Shown one piece after another: positions 55,901 to 64,000 of a stretch of 64,000 nt of DNA. Position 1 is the stretch's first letter, and every line of letters begins with the position of its first letter. The DNA comes from the human T2T-CHM13v2.0 reference genome, Homo sapiens. The notes under the pieces are model-generated. The model was not told the origin of the DNA. It saw only the letters and a list, made by a program, of their open reading frames with translations, and did no database searches. Made by a program: the position numbers and the translations under genes. The DNA lies in the NCBI RefSeq assembly GCF_009914755.1, contig NC_060927.1; one strand, 5' to 3'.

Positions 55901-57641
55901 AACGAAGAGGAAAAGCCCCTCAACTCCCCGTGCCAGGGCCGGCTCCCTGGTGTATGCCTGTGCAGTCACAAGGGCCCCCACTCAGAAGGGCCCACGCTTA
56001 CTCTAATGCTCTGTGGTTGCTGTGTTGGAATTCTTAATGATTTTTGAACATGGACCCCATATTTTCATTTTGCACTGGGACCTACAAATGATGGAGCCAG
56101 TTCTGCCCCCGATGGCCTCCAAGGCCCTCAAGAGAGCTGCCTCTCCTGGCCTGCATGGCCTGGTGTGGCTCTTGTGAACAGAATCATGTCTGGCTCTGAA
56201 GAGCAGAGTGGCCACTGCCCTGTGCCAGCCTGTCTTCATCCACAGAAAACAAAAACCCCACAGCCCTCGCAGTGGAGTCAGGGGCCATGTGACCATGGCC
56301 CTCGGACAGCAAGACAACAACACTGGGACAGTGAGTAGAAACAAAGGGCCAGCTCGGGTCAGTTGCCTAGGACCCCTGCTGTTCCCACAGGGCTGCGGCC
56401 CATCCAATCCCACAGGAAGAGCTGTCAAAGGTGCCGGCCTGAGCAGAAGTTCCCCTCCTCTTTAGTGTCGCTTCGAATGCTCTAAAAACCACTTCAATAC
56501 CTCTGAGATTTTCAGAGCATTTGAAAAATCATGTAAAATCTTTTTCAAGTTCTGGACAATTTCCCCATTTTTCTGAGGTATCCCAGCAAAAATCAAAATC
56601 TGTACACTAGGGTGTCCATCCATAAGTGGCCATGACACCACTGTATGCTTCCTAAAAGCTGTTACTCCCCAAAGTGTGTGGGAAACGCATGCACTGTGGC
56701 CTCGGAAGCAGCCCCCAACTTGGCTCCCGATGCTTGAGGCTTCTGGCACGCTTCTCAGGCCCCACTTTGAGTCTCAGTTTTTCATACATAAAATGGCGAA
56801 GGAACAGCTCCCTTATAAAGCTGCTGTAAGAGGCAGACAGCAGCAGTAATGCCCCCACCACAGTAAGGGGCACGTTGGACACGGCACATTGGATGTCCCC
56901 ATTCCATGCAAACAAATACAATTTGCTCTGTAATGGGGAGGCAGTGATGAGCGAGATGACCTGGTGTGGAGGGGGAACGGCCTTGGTTTGGCTTGTGAGT
57001 TCACTGTCTCTTAGCTGGGTGAGCTGGGGCAAGTCACGCTCATCCTCAAATCCCAGGCTGCCTGTCAGCAGTGCGCGAGCGCTGGGCTCCCCACATGGTG
57101 CAGGGGGGCTCAGTCAGCGGCACTCTCCCGTGGAGGCTCCTGTTCCTCAGGATTGTACTTTGTGCTGGTAGAGTCCTTTGAAATAGGTTTGGTAGAATAG
57201 AATCGTGGGCACCAAGAAGCCGGATAAAGGTGGTGAGGGAGCTGGCTTCAGAACAGAAAGCCCTGGCTTTGAATTTTCATGTCGACACTTCAGGCTATGT
57301 ACCTGTATGCTTTGTGCCTCAGTCTTCCCCATCTGTCAGCATGAAAAACAATGTCTTCCTCACAGGCAATTAGTGACCACAGACCACTCATTGTCTAGGT
57401 TGTTTCTGGTCCTTCCCAAGACTAACTGTATTCCTGCTTTCCATAAGGAACCCCAATATATTTAGAATGACTCTCCTTTTCACTTTGGGCAGCATAAAGT
57501 GGCTTCAGTTTTTTTTGCATCTGGAAAGAGTTCTGACTTTACAATCTTTCTGCTGACAAACATTAGTTCCTTTGACCTTTCTAGCTTCTAAACAATTCAT
57601 CATGATAGTTGCTTGTCACTTTTCTTTTTCAAAAAAGAACC

Positions 57642-57977
57642 GGGCTGGGCACAGTGGCTCATGCCTGTAGTCCCAGTAGTTTGGGAGGTCGAGGCAGGAG
57701 GATCACTTGAGGCCAGGAGTTCAAAACCATTCTGGGCAACATAGCAAGACTCTGTTTCTTAAGAAACAAAACAAAACAAAAAAAACAACCACAAAGAAAT
57801 TAGCTGGGCATGGTGGTGCAGGTCTGTGGTCCCAGCTACTTGGGAGGCTGAGGCGGGAGGATTGCCTGAGCCTTGGAGTTAGAGGTTACAGTCCACTATG
57901 ATCAAGCCACTGTACTGCAGCCTGGTAACCAGAGCAAGACCCTGTCTCTAAAAATAAAATAAAATAAAATAAAATAA
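57642..57977 (+). mobile_element. Alu (AluJ-like) with (AAAAT)n tail
   Basis: Dimeric Alu. Confidence 0.88.
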
Positions 57978-58027
57978 AGAACTAAATACAGAACTCCAGG
58001 TGTGAGGTTTCAAAATATCTCTATTAA

Positions 58028-59162
<1,135 letters not shown>

Positions 59163-59701
59163 GGACTTTTTTTTTTTAATCACTGTTTATTTGCATTGAG
59201 CCTTTGAGCCATTATAGTCTGCCAGATGTTTTTCTTTTACTATCAAACCAAGTTTCCTATATCCTAGTAACATTCTGAACTAAAACATAAGACATTAATC
59301 TTCATGATTTCAATCCATCTCAATTTCGAAAAATATTTTTAAATCTTGGCTTTCCTGCTTTATAACATAAGCTGTTTTCTCCAGCTCTGCAGCCTTCCCA
59401 CATTTGATAAGGTCTCCTATGAGTTCAACCCAAGCCAATGATAAACACAACAGACAAGAGACATTGGAACCTCAGTCAAGTCCTCCCTCTGGCTGCATTA
59501 TCAACACTCTCAGAAAACATGTTCACCCAGCTACAAATCCGCATGACTGTGCTGTTGTCAACCCATATTATTAAAAATTTGCCTTATTTATAAGGATGTC
59601 ATTAGAAATTGTCGAGAGCCTTCCTGAAACCTGGCGTATGCTAGATTAGACAGTCCATCCCTCTCCCATCTCTTTTCCATCATACCTATTTCTCCAAGTA
59701 A

Positions 59702-60146
<445 letters not shown>

Positions 60147-60523
60147 CTCATTCCATTTTTTATAACTATCTCTTTAAATCCTGTCCTGTCACTGTAAAGC
60201 ATTAGTGTTTTTTTTTTTTAATCATCTGGATTGAGCAATCATTATAATGGATGAAAACAACATAAATACATTGCAACTTCCTACAATTATTAAAAATAAA
60301 CAGTAAAATGTTATTGGAAGTACCTCTTTAATGAGATGAGGCTTTCCCCCCGATGTAAAATAATATTAATTATTGCTAAACAAGACAGGGATCCACATCA
60401 ATTATATTTCTATTTTTCATTTGTAGAGATTTAAGCACAAAAAAAGTTCACATAAATAGGAAGATGGGAACAAGAGTTTTGTAACAGCAATGTCACCTTG
60501 TTCTATGAATGTCTTCTGAGTTA

Positions 60524-60868
<345 letters not shown>

Positions 60869-61075
60869 TTATCATCAGACAGCTTGATTAGGCCTTCTTT
60901 CAATCTTGTTAAAAGCAAAAGAAACTTGGAAACAACGTGTCTTAGAAAAGGCCTTGGTAGCCAGTCATAAGAGGCTTTCATTTTCTCAACTTCCATATGA
61001 TATTTTGAACTGTCCCTTTATTTGGGGGAGCGAGGCACTGCAGAAAGATTTGGGAAGGGTAAGAGGTATGTCTGT

Positions 61076-61443
<368 letters not shown>

Positions 61444-62420
61444 CTACAGTGGAATATGGAGAAACCCGAGGAGACCACTGCTACCAGCCACGAGACTGTC
61501 CCTGTCTCCGCAAGCTCTTTCCCTGAAGCCAGGGGGATGAGTCAGCTTACATCCGCCTTGGCCGTCATGAGTGCTATGAATGCCAAGAGGATATAGCCAC
61601 CTATTTGTAAGGTCTCTATAATTTTTTTGTTTCTAACTAGATTCTTTTAAGTGTAGAAGAGAATTATCCCTCACTGGCTTTCTGTTTTCTGAGCACTGGA
61701 CCTGTCAACAAAGCAAGTCAGGAATGGAGCTCATGATCTGCTTCTAGCAGCAGGACCTCCAGAAGATGTGTGGCTAGCTCTCCATCACCACTCGCGGCCT
61801 CTGTGCCCGTGTCTGTGTCTGTGTTCTTGTTGCCCACATATCCTCCTCCCTGCTCCCTCACGCAAGTCCTTGGTTTAGCGCAGAGGCACACATCTTCACA
61901 CATCATTTGAATAAACTTAATCTGGACAAGGCATCTGTGTCCTCCACTGCTGTAGAGTCATCCATTCTATTTCACCAAAACAGAATGGGGGGAGTGGCTT
62001 TCTTTACATTTCACAGAACGGAAAAGTGAGGGTCAGATTATCCAAGGAACAGAGCTATTTGCAGAAGACTAGGAATGAAAGCCAGGTCTCCTGGATTCCT
62101 ACCTGTACTCTTTCTCCTGATTACAACTGTGTCAAGCTAAGAGGATAATGGTTTAAAACACCAAAGTCACGATGCCAACTTAAGAAAGCCTCAGGTAGCA
62201 ATGCGCTGAGGGCTGTCTATTGACTGGGCTCTTTAACAAGTTCACCTGAGACTCTGAACACATCATGCAAAACAGGCTTAGGAGACTCCTCTGGGATGCT
62301 GAATTGGAAAACAGAATATAAATTCCGAAAGGACTCTTAATAAGTCACAAAAGTTATTAGAACCCAAAGACTGATGACCAATGCTAACAAGAGTTCATAC
62401 AAACTTGGGGTGAGACTTAC

Positions 62421-62555
62421 CGTGTCCCCAATCTTCAGACCCTCACACTTCCTCTGACCAGGATAGGATACCCCATCTTGGCAGGTAGCAGTAAAGAAGA
62501 GATTAAGATCCTCAGGCTGATCCCAGACTGACAACTCCACTTTAGACCGGATACT
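62421..62555 (-). CDS. ITGB5: Integrin beta-5 exon 9 (135 bp; [45 protein letters not shown]), hybrid domain
   Basis: Translation matches recalled beta-5 protein; acceptor ttcag|AGT and donor ACG|gtaagt; phase 0-0. Confidence 0.97.
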
Positions 62556-63239
62556 CTGAATGGAGAGAGAAAATGAAGCCCAACCATTTAATAAAGGCTG
62601 TGGCTGAGGTGCTCCCACACTGGTTTTCTGAGGCCCACGTGGCTTCCTCTAACTCAGGAATCCCAAGCCAAAGGAAGAGCCAGTGAGCTTGGTTCCCTGG
62701 CCCTCCCTCATCCTTTCCCTTCTCTCTGCACTCACACAACATCTTGCTAGACCCAGCCTGAGGTCTCCCTCTGTGAGTTTGGAGAAGTTGATAGTGGTTG
62801 ACCTGCCATATGATATTATCTGCTTCAAACGGGTTATGCCCCATCCCCTGCTTGCTTCTCCAGAGCCACCTCTCATCCCCATCCTCGGCTTCAGACACGC
62901 AGTTCCTCAATCTTGCAGTGTGTACTCCAGGCTTTGAGCCTTTCCATGTGCCCAGGGCAATGATCCTTTGCACAACGGCTCCTCTCTCTCCTCCTCCTGG
63001 CTGGCTCCTTATCATCCTTCAAAATCAGCTCAGCAGGCACTTTCTCCAGGAATACACCCTGTCATTCACATCCATACCTATCCCCATCAGATGAGGTCCA
63101 TATGCCTGAGTTTGAAACTACATAATGAGAGACTCCAATCTTATGTGTGGATTATATTCTTAAGACAGTGAATCAAACAAAAATCAAGTCAAAATTACCT
63201 ATCAGAATAGAAAAAAAGTAAAGTTTTTTTCTATTATTT

Positions 63240-63860
63240 CCCAACACTAAGAACATCAAGTGTTGGGAAAGGATGTAGAGCAACTAGGGCTCCCCAACCC
63301 TGCTGGTGGGAGTGAAAATTCATGCAATCCTATAGAAAGCCATTAGGCTATATCTACTAAAGCTTAGGCCAACCTCAGACCTAGCATTCACCCAGGATTA
63401 TATCCAACAGAAGTGTATGCGTCACCAAAAAGACATGGACAAGAATGTTTACAGCAATACTGCTTGTAATAGCTAGAAACTGGAAATTCCTCAGGTGCCT
63501 AGCAAGAGTAGAATGGATTTTTTAAAATTGTAGTATGTTCATATAGTGGAATACCATACAGTAATGAGAAATAATAAAATATGACTACATGTAATAATAT
63601 GGATAAATCTGACAAATATAACATTACTAGAAAGAAGGCAGAGACAAAGGCATATATATTGTATAACTCTATTTATATGAAATTCAAAAACAGGCAAAAT
63701 TAATGGTTGCCCTTGAGGGATTGCGATGGAAGAGGGCAGAATAGGGACTTCTGGGCCTGGCTAATGTTCTGTGTGTTTGGCCTTGGTGCTGGATACTCAG
63801 GTTTATTTAATTTGTGAAAAGTGTGTGAAATTTTCTATACGTCTGTTAGTTTAAAAAATT
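63240..63860 (+). mobile_element. Old L1 (L1M) 3' fragment
   Basis: aagtgttgggaaaggatgtagagcaact...caagaatgtttacagcaat...ggaataccatacag motifs. Confidence 0.75.
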
Positions 63861-63864
63861 GTCC

Positions 63865-64000
63865 TTGTGACACATGCCTGTAGCTACTCAGGGGGCTGAG
63901 GCAGGAGGATCGCTTGAGCCCAGGAGTTCAAGGCTGCAATGAGCTATGATCATGCCAGTGCACTCCAGCCTGGGAGACAGAGTGAGATTGTTTCTTAAAA
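63865..64000 (+). mobile_element. Alu right-arm/FRAM fragment
   Basis: gcctgtagctactcagggggctgaggcaggaggatcgcttgagcccagg. Confidence 0.8.

Overview
Human (or great-ape) genomic DNA, not prokaryotic. The window holds the 3' half of the integrin beta-5 gene ITGB5 on the minus strand: seven coding exons (9-15 by canonical numbering) with exact GT-AG boundaries that splice into one open frame, plus a 3' UTR with three candidate poly(A) signals. The left ~3 kb is probably the distal 3' UTR of the convergent gene UMPS (from recalled synteny only). Between the two lies a retroelement cluster: a MER4-group solo LTR split by an antisense SVA, a two-LTR HERV-H provirus and an LTR47-like LTR. Introns carry many Alus, MaLR LTRs, MIR/L1 relics and a ~31-copy 29-bp minisatellite. 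Best leads: a non-canonical ITGB5 coding haplotype (single FNK, V428, S477), a deletion of the post-TATA GC/GT box in the HERV-H 5' LTR, the SMAD/GATA-motif minisatellite, a candidate poison exon in intron 10 and a candidate alternative cytoplasmic tail from intron 14. I see no evidence for a wholly new biological system. Most short ORFs in the track are repeat-derived or chance. Repeat subfamily names and many repeat boundaries are by eye and approximate.
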